Of a stretch of DNA of 64,000 nucleotides, positions 44,008 to 52,715 are shown piece by piece (within the stretch, counting starts at the first letter, position 1; each line of letters opens with the position of its first letter). Position numbers and translations under genes: made by a program. The notes under the pieces were generated by a model. That model was not told where the DNA came from and made no database searches. It saw only the letters and a program-made list of their open reading frames with translations. Location: NCBI GenBank assembly GCA_963594555.1, contig CAVBEI010000001.1:68034-132033 (forward strand), given 5' to 3'. Source of the DNA: Lachnospiraceae bacterium. GTDB lineage: Bacteria > Bacillota > Clostridia > Lachnospirales > Lachnospiraceae.

Positions 44008-44988
44008 TTATTCTTCCTCTCTGATCACTGATGTCACACGCACCGCATAATTCGCTCCGGAGGAACCCGGCAAGGCGGTGAATTTTCTCATATTACCAAC
44101 ATATACATCCAATTCATCATCAATATCTGTATCAACCCGTATGATATCTCCGGGCTGAAGATTTACAAAATCAGCAACCGAAATCAGACTTTTACCGAGT
44201 ACCGCCTTTACCGATACCGGCGCATGGTCGATCAGATCCTCGATCACATCCTGATAGGTCTCTTCATCCTTTACCTGCATATTCGAATACCAGAATTTGG
44301 TATTGAGCTTGTCCATCACAGGCTCTAGAGTGATAAACGGCAGACAGATGTTCATCAGCCCCTCTGCCTCGCCGATCTTTAGGTTTATCGTCACTATAGC
44401 GATCATCTCACCTGGGGATATGATCTGTGCGAACTGTGAGTTTGTCTCGATACGCTGCAGCCGCGGATGAATCTCTGTAACATTCGCCCAGGGCTCCCTA
44501 AGCAGATTCACACATACATTCATGATGCGTTCAATGACAAGCAGCTCAATCTCAGAAAAATCTCTCGTTTTCTCAAGCGGAAGTCCTACACCGCCAAGCA
44601 TACGATCCACGATCGCATAACCGAGCGAGGAAGCCAGCTCCATCAAAATATCTCCGCGAAGCGGTGCGAATTCTACGACACCAAGCAATACCGGATTTGA
44701 AAGTGCATTCGAAAATTCCGAATAGGTCACGGCCTCTGAATTCATGACCTCCACCTGGATGTTCTTGCGTAAATAAACAGGTAAATTCGTTGAAAGCAAT
44801 CGGCCATAATGTTCAAAGATGATCTCTAAGGTACGAAGATGTTCCTTTGAGAATTTTGACGGGCGTGCAAAATCATAATTTTTGACCTGCTTATCCGCAC
44901 TATCCTTGATCTCTTCTGCATTTATCTCACCACTGCTCAGCTGCTGCAGCAGCGAATCTATTTCGCCCTGTGACAGTACGTCACCCAT
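44008..44988 (-). CDS. fliM: Flagellar motor switch protein FliM
   Basis: 326 aa. The N-terminal CheY-P binding motif is MGDVLSQGEIDSLL. The middle domain is CheC-like and the C-terminus is a SpoA domain. Confidence 0.95.
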   Translation of the reverse strand: MGDVLSQGEIDSLLQQLSSGEINAEEIKDSADKQVKNYDFARPSKFSKEHLRTLEIIFEHYGRLLSTNLPVYLRKNIQVEVMNSEAVTYSEFSNALSNPVLLGVVEFAPLRGDILMELASSLGYAIVDRMLGGVGLPLEKTRDFSEIELLVIERIMNVCVNLLREPWANVTEIHPRLQRIETNSQFAQIISPGEMIAIVTINLKIGEAEGLMNICLPFITLEPVMDKLNTKFWYSNMQVKDEETYQDVIEDLIDHAPVSVKAVLGKSLISVADFVNLQPGDIIRVDTDIDDELDVYVGNMRKFTALPGSSGANYAVRVTSVIREEE

Positions 44989-45028
44989 CCGTTCTCACCA
45001 CCTTAGTACCTGTATATTTCACGTTTAA

Positions 45029-45559
45029 TTAATCGCACGTAATGCTCGGGAATCCGACATCTACGATCATGCTTGAGTCAAAGAAGCCCTGCAGCTTCTC
45101 TAGGATCTCCTTTTGTGCCTGATCCGGCTGTGCTAAAATCTCTTCGTATGTATAGGTGCGCACAACATCATTCACGATACTTTTGATATTAGAATCATAC
45201 AAGCCTGCCTCAACACCGGCAAGTCCAAGCGTCGCATAATCCTCATTTGACTTATCCATGGAAACAACCACCGTCAAAATGACATAATGTGCTTCCCCAT
45301 CTTCGCTGTTGCGCAGATTTATAGTCAAGGTATCCTCAAGTGTATAGGACTGCAGATTCTCTATCGCTACAGAGGAAAGATTAGCTGTTCTGCCGCTCGC
45401 AAGCTCCAAATCCAAAGCAGTACAGATCTCGGTGATCAGCTCATTGCTCTTTTTTGCAGAAGGAACGATACTGATCATCGTAATCGCCGTCAAAACCAGA
45501 TTCACAACAAGCAATGCTAAAATAAGCACACTCATCAGATTTTTCTTCATGTTACCCAC
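45029..45559 (-). CDS. fliL: Flagellar basal body-associated protein FliL
   Basis: 176 aa with a single N-terminal TM (LMSVLILALLVVNLVLTAITMISIV). It lies between motB and fliM. Confidence 0.8.
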   Translation of the reverse strand: MGNMKKNLMSVLILALLVVNLVLTAITMISIVPSAKKSNELITEICTALDLELASGRTANLSSVAIENLQSYTLEDTLTINLRNSEDGEAHYVILTVVVSMDKSNEDYATLGLAGVEAGLYDSNIKSIVNDVVRTYTYEEILAQPDQAQKEILEKLQGFFDSSMIVDVGFPSITCD

Positions 45560-45597
45560 CTATGACTAACCGGCAAAGGCAGTCATCCTTTCTATAA

Positions 45598-46518
45598 TTA
45601 ATCGGTCGAATTGTAGGAGTTGTATATCTTGATCACAACGCGACGGTTTAGGGCACGTCCTTCTGCTGTTGAATTATCTGCAATCGGAACATAATCTCCG
45701 CGTCCGGAAGACTTAATATGCGCCGGATCGATATTTGTCACCTCGCGTAAGTAATTGGCAACAGAAAGTGCTCGATACATCGATAAAACATCATTATCCT
45801 CAAAGCGAGAATTATGAATCGGAACATTATCGGAGTGTCCCTCGACCTCAATGATATTGTCGCTATAATGATTCAAAATCCGTCCGACCTTATCTACAAG
45901 AGGCAATGCATCCTCCCTGATCACCTCGGAGCCGGAATCAAACAATACAGCACCACTAAGTGTCAACATCACATATTGGGAATTAAATGTCACCTCTACC
46001 GTATCTGAAATGCCATAGCCGGATGTGGATTCTTCGATATCCTCAGCAATGCTTTGTGATTCCTCGAGACCCTTTTGCTCATATTGCTCTGTCAGCTGCT
46101 CCTCCGTCAGCTCAGTCTCTGTCTCGGAGGCTCCTCCGTCAGCTCCGGCCTCTGCACCATTCTCAGGATCATTCTCCTCAATCGCGGAATCATCTGCATT
46201 CTGCTGCGTACCCTCCTCTTCGAATTCTCCGGAGCCGGAGCTGTTCGCATCCGGATTGTAGTACGTGTCATAATATTGCAGCTGGTTAATGCCGGCACCA
46301 ACCATATCGCCATCACCGATCGATGAGCCACCACCCTGCAGTACACTAAAATGCGACTGAAAGGAAGCAATGATCAGCTCAAACTTCTCTGCATCCACCG
46401 ATGACATGGAAAAAAGCAATACGAAAAAGCATAGCAAAAGATTCATCAGATCGGAGAAGGTCGCCATCCACGCAGGCGAACCAGCAGGCGGATCTTCCTG
46501 TTTTTTCTGCTTGCCCAC
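45598..46518 (-). CDS. motB: Flagellar stator protein MotB (OmpA-like C-terminal domain) with long acidic linker
   Basis: 306 aa. The TM carries the conserved Asp (WMATFSDLMNLLLCFFVLLF). The C-terminal OmpA/PG-binding domain contains GHSDNVPI and NRRVVIKIY. Confidence 0.92.
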   Translation of the reverse strand: MGKQKKQEDPPAGSPAWMATFSDLMNLLLCFFVLLFSMSSVDAEKFELIIASFQSHFSVLQGGGSSIGDGDMVGAGINQLQYYDTYYNPDANSSGSGEFEEEGTQQNADDSAIEENDPENGAEAGADGGASETETELTEEQLTEQYEQKGLEESQSIAEDIEESTSGYGISDTVEVTFNSQYVMLTLSGAVLFDSGSEVIREDALPLVDKVGRILNHYSDNIIEVEGHSDNVPIHNSRFEDNDVLSMYRALSVANYLREVTNIDPAHIKSSGRGDYVPIADNSTAEGRALNRRVVIKIYNSYNSTD

Positions 46519-47312
46519 TACTCTTCACCTCCGCCGCCTCCGGAGAGTGCTTCACGCTCCTTCGGTGTAATAAATGTCTTTAATTTTTCCTCGATCACGT
46601 GCGGATTCTCTCCGGCCTGAATCGATAGCAGCCCTTCGACGATGATCTGCTTGATGATCATCTCGTTGGCATTGTTTAGCTTTAGCTTGGTAGAGGTCGG
46701 ATTACACAGCCAGTTCGCCAGCAGCGAGCCGTATAATGTCGTCAAAAGTGCAACCGCCATATTCGGTCCGATGGTAGAAGCATCCTCCAGGTTTTTTAAC
46801 ATATTAACCAGTCCGATCAGTGTACCGATCATGCCCCATGCAGGACCTAGCTCAGCCCACTTCTCCCAGAAGGCACATACCTCCTTGTGGCGATCCTCCA
46901 TACAGCTAAGATCAGTCTCCAAAATACCACGCACCAGCTCCGGATCTGTACCATCGACGATGAGCATAATGCCTTTTTTTAGAAATGCATCCTCGATATC
47001 GGCAGCCGTCTCCTCAAGAGCCAGCAGACCTTCTTTTCTGGCTACGTTTGATAGATTGATGATATTGGAGATCATCGCACTGGGATCATAGCCGGGCTCC
47101 TTCATCGTAAGGGCAATCGTCTTAAAGCCGGTACCCATAAAGGAGAGCTTGTTACAGGCCAAAAGTCCTGTTACAGAACCACCGATCGTGATGATAACCG
47201 ACGGCACGTCGATGAAGTTTGGTATCAATGAAAATCCACCATCACCGGTTACAATACCAAAAATAACCATTGCAAAGCCCAGTACAATACCGAGTAATGA
47301 CGCTATATCCAA
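46518..47312 (-). CDS. motA: Flagellar stator protein MotA
   Basis: 264 aa in the MotA/TolQ/ExbB family (…GPAWGMIGTLIGLVNML…VALLTTLYGSLLAN…). Its stop overlaps the motB start. Confidence 0.93.
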   Translation of the reverse strand: MDIASLLGIVLGFAMVIFGIVTGDGGFSLIPNFIDVPSVIITIGGSVTGLLACNKLSFMGTGFKTIALTMKEPGYDPSAMISNIINLSNVARKEGLLALEETAADIEDAFLKKGIMLIVDGTDPELVRGILETDLSCMEDRHKEVCAFWEKWAELGPAWGMIGTLIGLVNMLKNLEDASTIGPNMAVALLTTLYGSLLANWLCNPTSTKLKLNNANEMIIKQIIVEGLLSIQAGENPHVIEEKLKTFITPKEREALSGGGGGEE

Positions 47313-47404
47313 TATCTCTCACCTATCTTTCTATGATTTTTCGTAACTGTTAAGTAGCTTTTAGGTTACGCTGATCCTGTCTGCATTCCATCTGTAATAT
47401 AAGA

Positions 47405-47447
47405 AATCGGTATGATCAGAGTCAAATTCTCCCTAATCATACCGATT
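47405..47447 (-). terminator. 12-bp stem-loop downstream of flgE (partial terminator / 3' stabiliser)
   Basis: The arms AATCGGTATGAT (47436-47447) and ATCATACCGATT (47405-47416) flank a 19-nt loop. On the minus strand the hairpin is followed by TTCTTATATTA. Confidence 0.45.
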
Positions 47448-47474
47448 ATACCATATCTTGGGGATGAATGTAAA
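47445..47474 (-). promoter_or_regulatory. Internal sigma-A type promoter upstream of motA (TTTACA-N18-TGgTATAAT)
   Basis: The minus strand reads gtgTTTACAttcatccccaagataTGgTATAATcgg. It has a perfect -10 at 47445-47450, an extended TGn, and a -35 at 47469-47474. The -10 overlaps the 5' arm of the hairpin. Confidence 0.5.
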
Positions 47475-47515
47475 CACATTCCCTAGATATAATGCAACAG
47501 TTTTACCATCTGTTA

Positions 47516-49846
47516 TTATCTCTTCAGATTTATCAGTTCCTCAAGCATAGAATCTGAAGTCGTGATCACACGGGAGTTTGCCTGGAAGCCTCTCTGCGTG
47601 GTGATCATGGATGTAAACTCTCCTGCCAGATCTACGTTTGACATCTCAAGCTCTCCGGAGGTGATCGTACTGCCGTCTGCGTCAATCTCTACACCGATGC
47701 CATCAAAATCGCCGGAGTTTAAGGTCGCGCGGTAGCAGTTATCTCCGGTCGCCTCGAGGCCGGATGCATTCGCAAACTGTGCCACGGAAATTTGACCGAG
47801 CAATACGGTATTGCCGTTGTCATAGGAGGCATAGATCTTACCGCTCTGGTCTACGCTAAGACCTGTCATGGCGCCGAGCTTTTTGCCCTTTCCTACCGTA
47901 TCTGCATCCCCGCCGCTCATCGCCGCAGTCGTCGAACCACTGTTGTTGTAATTCAAAAGTGACGAAAAGTCGATAGTCACATCCTTAAAGCCATCGTAGC
48001 CGGCTGCTGTCAGCTTGGATAGATTCAAGGTCTGGGACATATTATTGCCGCCGCCGACACTTGTGAGCGTTCCGTCTGCCGTATTAAACTGCAGTGTAAA
48101 GCCATCCTTTGATGGAGTCACGATATTGTAGCTGCCGGCAAACATATTGTAACGAATCTCTGCATCACTCGGAACCTCCTCTGTAAAGATCGCGCCTGTA
48201 TCTGCCGTTGCGGTATCGAGATCCGAGCCGGTAATAGTCGTATAGGAATAATCCTTTAGCAGCTCCTCCGGGCCGGCATACTTTGCAGGAGGATTTTTAG
48301 CTGTTCCATCCTCGAGTGCAACCATGCTGGTAAAGTTTTTTGTGCCGGATGCATCCGTCAAGCTGATCGTTCCGGTCGTATAGGTCGGCCAATAATATAA
48401 TACGCTGTTCTTCGGATATTCGGTTTCATCCAAATCCAAGGCTTCACGTATATCTTCTACATTAAATTTATAACCTGTCGTACCATCATCACTGGTTACA
48501 ACCGTACCGAGAGACGTATAGTCCTCTAAGGTCTGCATCTTTGTCAGCGTATAGGAGCTGACCTTATCTGCACCATTCTCCTGATCCGCAGTAAAAGCAC
48601 CATTGACCATCTTACCATCTGTAAAATCCCATTTTACACCGTTTACGTTGTAGGTAACACCATTTACCGTTTCAGTAGGCGGAGGGGAAGATTTTGCATA
48701 AGGAGATGCCTTTCCGCGTGCCACTACATTTCCTGCCGCATCCTCCACATACAGATAATGATCATCATCAGAACCATCTAACGCCTCAAGCTCCGATAAT
48801 GCACCATCGTAGGTTACATTGGTAGAAGTAAAGCGCACCCGATAGCCATCCGGCAATGAGAGCGCATCGGATAAGCTAAGCTGGGAATTGATATCTGCTG
48901 CATCCATATAATAGGTATAGGATGCTGTAGCTGTGCCTCCGGCCGTCGTGGTCGATGCAGCCTTTTTGGCTGCACTTGTCTGGATCGCACGGTTGATATC
49001 GGTTTTGCTCTTTCCGGAAGCAAATGCATAGTTATCCGTGATCACGGTATTGCTGCCCTGTGCGCTGGTGGCTGTTCCTGAGCCAAACAGATCGCCAAGT
49101 GAAACATTAGAGGATAGGATCGACGTACCCTCCGAATCGATAATATCCGTCAGATTCACTGCATATTTTCCGTTTTTAGCATCCTGTGCCTGAATGGAAA
49201 AACGTGCGGTATACGGATAACCAAGATTATCATAAACGAGCAGATTCATAACAGAACCCGTAGAAGAGCTCACCTGTGAGCTCTGGCTGTCAATAACACC
49301 TGTACACTGTGCCTTTGAAGTAGCCTCAGGCTCTGATGTCATCTTATCTGCAGACATGACCTTTAATGCAGAAACTGTATCCTTTTTGATCGTCTGTGTC
49401 TCTGCATCTACACCCCAGCCCATCACCGTATAGCCGGTGGATTTCATACACAGATTGCCTGCGCCGTCCACATAGAAGGAACCTGCCTTTGTAAATACAT
49501 TTTCCGCACCGTTATTTACAACGAAAAAGCTGCTGGTGCTCTGATCGGTAATGCGAAGATCGAACGGCAGACCGGTCGTCTCTGACGCACCGGCTGAAGT
49601 GATGCTCATCGAGGTCGAACCTGTCGTGACACCAAGTCCGATCTGCTTTGCATTTACACCACCTGTTCCAAGCTCGGTATTTGCACCTGAGGCACTAGAA
49701 AGTGTCTGATACATAATGGAACTAAAGGTAACGCTTGAGGATTTGAATGCAACGGTATTAACGTTTGAGATGTTGTTACCGATTACATCCATCTTTGTCT
49801 GATGTGTCTTTAGACCTGACACAGCAGAATAAAGTGATCTCATCAT
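47516..49846 (-). CDS. flgE: Flagellar hook protein FlgE (776 aa, large central insertion)
   Basis: The N-terminus is MMRSLYSAVSGLKTHQTKMDVIGNNISNVNTVAFK. The C-terminus is ELEMSNVDLAGEFTSMITTQRGFQANSRVITTSDSMLEELINL. Between them lie ~450 aa of T/S/G/A/D/N-rich sequence. Confidence 0.93.
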   Translation of the reverse strand: MMRSLYSAVSGLKTHQTKMDVIGNNISNVNTVAFKSSSVTFSSIMYQTLSSASGANTELGTGGVNAKQIGLGVTTGSTSMSITSAGASETTGLPFDLRITDQSTSSFFVVNNGAENVFTKAGSFYVDGAGNLCMKSTGYTVMGWGVDAETQTIKKDTVSALKVMSADKMTSEPEATSKAQCTGVIDSQSSQVSSSTGSVMNLLVYDNLGYPYTARFSIQAQDAKNGKYAVNLTDIIDSEGTSILSSNVSLGDLFGSGTATSAQGSNTVITDNYAFASGKSKTDINRAIQTSAAKKAASTTTAGGTATASYTYYMDAADINSQLSLSDALSLPDGYRVRFTSTNVTYDGALSELEALDGSDDDHYLYVEDAAGNVVARGKASPYAKSSPPPTETVNGVTYNVNGVKWDFTDGKMVNGAFTADQENGADKVSSYTLTKMQTLEDYTSLGTVVTSDDGTTGYKFNVEDIREALDLDETEYPKNSVLYYWPTYTTGTISLTDASGTKNFTSMVALEDGTAKNPPAKYAGPEELLKDYSYTTITGSDLDTATADTGAIFTEEVPSDAEIRYNMFAGSYNIVTPSKDGFTLQFNTADGTLTSVGGGNNMSQTLNLSKLTAAGYDGFKDVTIDFSSLLNYNNSGSTTAAMSGGDADTVGKGKKLGAMTGLSVDQSGKIYASYDNGNTVLLGQISVAQFANASGLEATGDNCYRATLNSGDFDGIGVEIDADGSTITSGELEMSNVDLAGEFTSMITTQRGFQANSRVITTSDSMLEELINLKR

Positions 49847-49926
49847 AAGAAAATGACCTCCATTCTATGGCGTCGTTTCGTCTCATCTGTCAGTCAGAGA
49901 CGCTCGCTCCCGTTAAGGTCCAGCGA

Positions 49927-50334
49927 TTATACGATAACTGCGCCATCAATATTTGTAAAAATGTTTTCTTTGGCATCCGTCTGATCCATAGCTGTAACAA
50001 CCGTTTTATTCGGTACATTTACGATAAATGCCAGCGAATCGACAAGAACTAAGGATTCCTGAATTCCCTTTTCACCGGCCTTGTAAACACCCTCCGATAG
50101 CCGGTTTGTCTGCTCTGCAGACAAGCTGATATTTCGGTCGCTTAAGCGGTTTGCGGCATGCTTGGAAAACTTGAGTGGCTCTAAGGCCTGCTGTTTTTCC
50201 CGAAGTACCTCGTCAAAGGATATTTCGGCTGACTGTTTTGAATTGTTGATACCTTTTTTGAAATAAGTATCTGTAACCTGCTCGATCGATTGAAATCCAT
50301 TTCGCATGGAGCCGGTTTTGTTTATCGAATTCAT
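49927..50334 (-). CDS. Flagellar operon protein (TIGR02530-type, between flgD and flgE)
   Basis: The start was set at the ATG at 50334 (MNSINKTGS...) after a GGGAGGGAG RBS. Size and position match the small conserved protein found between flgD and flgE in Clostridia and spirochetes (LKFSKHAANRLSDRNISL...). Confidence 0.65.
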   Translation of the reverse strand: MNSINKTGSMRNGFQSIEQVTDTYFKKGINNSKQSAEISFDEVLREKQQALEPLKFSKHAANRLSDRNISLSAEQTNRLSEGVYKAGEKGIQESLVLVDSLAFIVNVPNKTVVTAMDQTDAKENIFTNIDGAVIV

Positions 50335-50363
50335 AGGCTCCCTCCCATCCATCAAGTAGAGGT

Positions 50364-51077
50364 CTATGCCTCAGTCATACCTTCTGCATCTCCACCATCC
50401 TGTGTGCTCTCAGCGTCCTTCGTCTGATCCCTCAGAGCAATCAAGGCATTTAAAACAGTTTCTGCAGAAAGGAATTTGCTGTAAGAATCGGAACAATTCG
50501 TTTCGATGTATTCCTTTTCATAATCACTGAGTGAATCATACCGCTCTCTAAGATTAGTAAATAATTCCTCATAGTTTAGGGATACATGATCTGCATCCGG
50601 CAACTGAGCTACTGTCGTTTCAAAATCCGCTGCCACTGATACGGCATTCATATAATCTGTATCTGCCACGGTATAGAGATCATCCAGATTATATAATGCT
50701 CCGTTTACAGATAAATAGACATTGCTGCCTTCCGTCATCACATAGTCTACAACACCTGTAATCTCGCTCGTCTCTCCTGTCACTGAGCTGGTCGGCCGCA
50801 TAACTACGGTCTTTCCAACCAGATTATCCGCCTGCAGATTTTCAGTGGTGTTTGCCATGTTTTCTAACGATTCAACCTGCGTAAAGGTCGCAAGCTGTGA
50901 TACATACTCTGTATTCGACTGAGGCTCTAACGGATCCTGATATTTCATCTGTGCCACGAGAAGATTTAAAAAGTCCTCTTTATCCAGGTTGTTGTTCACC
51001 TTTTCGCTCGAGGAGCTCGTTGCACTTGCGGATGTATCCACTACTGTGCCATTATCGATCTTTTGCCATAAAGCCAT
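50364..51077 (-). CDS. flgD: Flagellar hook assembly/capping protein FlgD
   Basis: 237 aa. It has the conserved FLNLLVAQMKYQDPLEPQ motif and a Tudor-like segment. An extra ~95-aa acidic C-terminal extension follows. Confidence 0.9.
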   Translation of the reverse strand: MALWQKIDNGTVVDTSASATSSSSEKVNNNLDKEDFLNLLVAQMKYQDPLEPQSNTEYVSQLATFTQVESLENMANTTENLQADNLVGKTVVMRPTSSVTGETSEITGVVDYVMTEGSNVYLSVNGALYNLDDLYTVADTDYMNAVSVAADFETTVAQLPDADHVSLNYEELFTNLRERYDSLSDYEKEYIETNCSDSYSKFLSAETVLNALIALRDQTKDAESTQDGGDAEGMTEA

Positions 51078-51103
51078 CTGCTTTCCTCCTTTCGTTATAC
51101 TCT

Positions 51104-52681
51104 TTATGCGGTATAATCGACGCTTCCGCCGTTATCGCGCATGATATTTGCTGCCAGGCTTTCAGTCTCATTCAAGCCTTCAGAGCCTCCTGCAAGTGCA
51201 GCGGCATCGAGATTTCTTCTGCTGTTTTCTTCTCTTCTGCCAGAGCCTCCGCCCTCATTTTGCATCTGTGCATTTGCAGATGAATTGCCATCGAGATTTT
51301 GCTCAAATTCATGAGTGGCCACGGTTACCTCTACGGCCTCCACCTTGATTCCCTGTGCCTGTAAGGTGGCATGCAGCTCGCTCATCTGTGTCTGCAATGT
51401 TTCCTTGACCTGTTCATTTGTCGCAGTGATCTGCGCTGTGACATTGCCATGCTTTTCTGTTACGGTAAGCACCAGTCTGCCAAGATTCTCAGGATTTAGC
51501 TGTACCTGCAGGGATGTACCCTCGGACGAGGCAAAGGCTCGTGCCAAGCCCTCCATCTGATCCATCAGCGACTCATAACGTGTCAGCACCTCTGTCTGCG
51601 GGATCTCAGCTGTCTGATCAATTGCATGAGCAGAAGTATTCTGCGTCTGCATAAGCACCGGCTCATTCTTTGTCTCCGTCAGATTTTTAAAATCTGTCGT
51701 ATTGCTATTCTCCGGCTTTTGCGACTTACCCTCTAAGACATTCTCACTGCCGGCATCCTTCGTGCCATTTTCAGGCTCATCAAAAAGCTCTTCTCCGGAA
51801 TCCTCGTTATTTGTCTTAGTCTGTACTATAGACTGTGTGAGCTCATCCTCCGTCTGCACCTGTGACTTATCCGCCTGCATGCTTTCCTGCGACTCTGACT
51901 TAAAAGTAACTGCATCGGCAGCTTCTGTTTCAGCCGGCTCCTCTGTCTGAAACTGTGCTGTATCAATCACTTCGCCTGCAGAATCGTCTGTTGTGTCTAT
52001 TGTGCCTGTCATATCAGGTGATAACTCATCTGAGGGTGTCAGCTCCTTAAGTACCTGCACGTTTGTCTCTGTCATAGGCTCTGATAATTGTGCTAGCAGT
52101 GAGTCAAACTGTGCATTCGTAAGCTCATTGGTCTGCTTAAAATCTGCAAATAATGCGTTTGTTTCTGTCAAAAGCTGCTGAACACTCTCATTTGTAAGCA
52201 GCGCACTCACATCTGTATCACCGGTCAGCTCTCCGATCAGCTGCATCAAATTTTGAGGCTGCAATAAATCCATCTCAGATAAGCCAAGCAGCTCCATCGC
52301 CTGCGTCAGCTCCTCCTCTGACACCTCGCATGTATCAGTCAGCGCTTTTTTCACATCTTCTGTCAGCTGCTTTACATTTTCCTTAAGCGTCTCATCCACA
52401 CGGCCGTCATTTTTTTTCGCCGCCTGTGCGATTGGTTTAGCTTTGCCGCTTTTTGAAGCGTAGTCTAAGTGCTTTGTATCCGTCTGATCCGACGTATCGG
52501 TTCTAACAGAAAATGCATCTCTATCATCCGTCGCATTCGTCTCAGGTTCAAAGCTGTTTTTCGTATTTTTGCTCATAAGATCAGCGAATTGCAGGGACGC
52601 TTCCTTTGTCAGATCACTCGAGTTCATCTCCGTGCTACGGATACTTGCAGTTGTCATGCCAAGGCTCGCTATCTGTGTCAT
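51104..52681 (-). CDS. fliK: Flagellar hook-length control protein FliK
   Basis: The start is at the ATG at 52681 after GAAAGGAGG. The N-terminal region is long, acidic and disordered. The C-terminal Flg_hook domain contains LQVQLNPENLGRLVLTVTEKHGNVTAQITATNEQVKETL. Confidence 0.85.
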   Translation of the reverse strand: MTQIASLGMTTASIRSTEMNSSDLTKEASLQFADLMSKNTKNSFEPETNATDDRDAFSVRTDTSDQTDTKHLDYASKSGKAKPIAQAAKKNDGRVDETLKENVKQLTEDVKKALTDTCEVSEEELTQAMELLGLSEMDLLQPQNLMQLIGELTGDTDVSALLTNESVQQLLTETNALFADFKQTNELTNAQFDSLLAQLSEPMTETNVQVLKELTPSDELSPDMTGTIDTTDDSAGEVIDTAQFQTEEPAETEAADAVTFKSESQESMQADKSQVQTEDELTQSIVQTKTNNEDSGEELFDEPENGTKDAGSENVLEGKSQKPENSNTTDFKNLTETKNEPVLMQTQNTSAHAIDQTAEIPQTEVLTRYESLMDQMEGLARAFASSEGTSLQVQLNPENLGRLVLTVTEKHGNVTAQITATNEQVKETLQTQMSELHATLQAQGIKVEAVEVTVATHEFEQNLDGNSSANAQMQNEGGGSGRREENSRRNLDAAALAGGSEGLNETESLAANIMRDNGGSVDYTA

Positions 52682-52715
52682 TTGTTTCCTCCTTTCAAAA
52701 AAAATTTCAATCACA

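Noticed and set aside
46025-46370. Cluster of four overlapping 78-100 aa ORFs on both strands inside motB.
   Set aside because: They are artefacts of the acidic low-complexity linker (GAA/GAG/GAT-rich), which lacks stop codons in several frames.
46995-47003. GCCGATATC on the minus strand, resembling the sigma-28/SigD -10 element (GCCGATAT).
   Set aside because: It lies ~310 nt inside motA and has no TAAA -35 element at the required 14-16 nt spacing. A chance match is likely.
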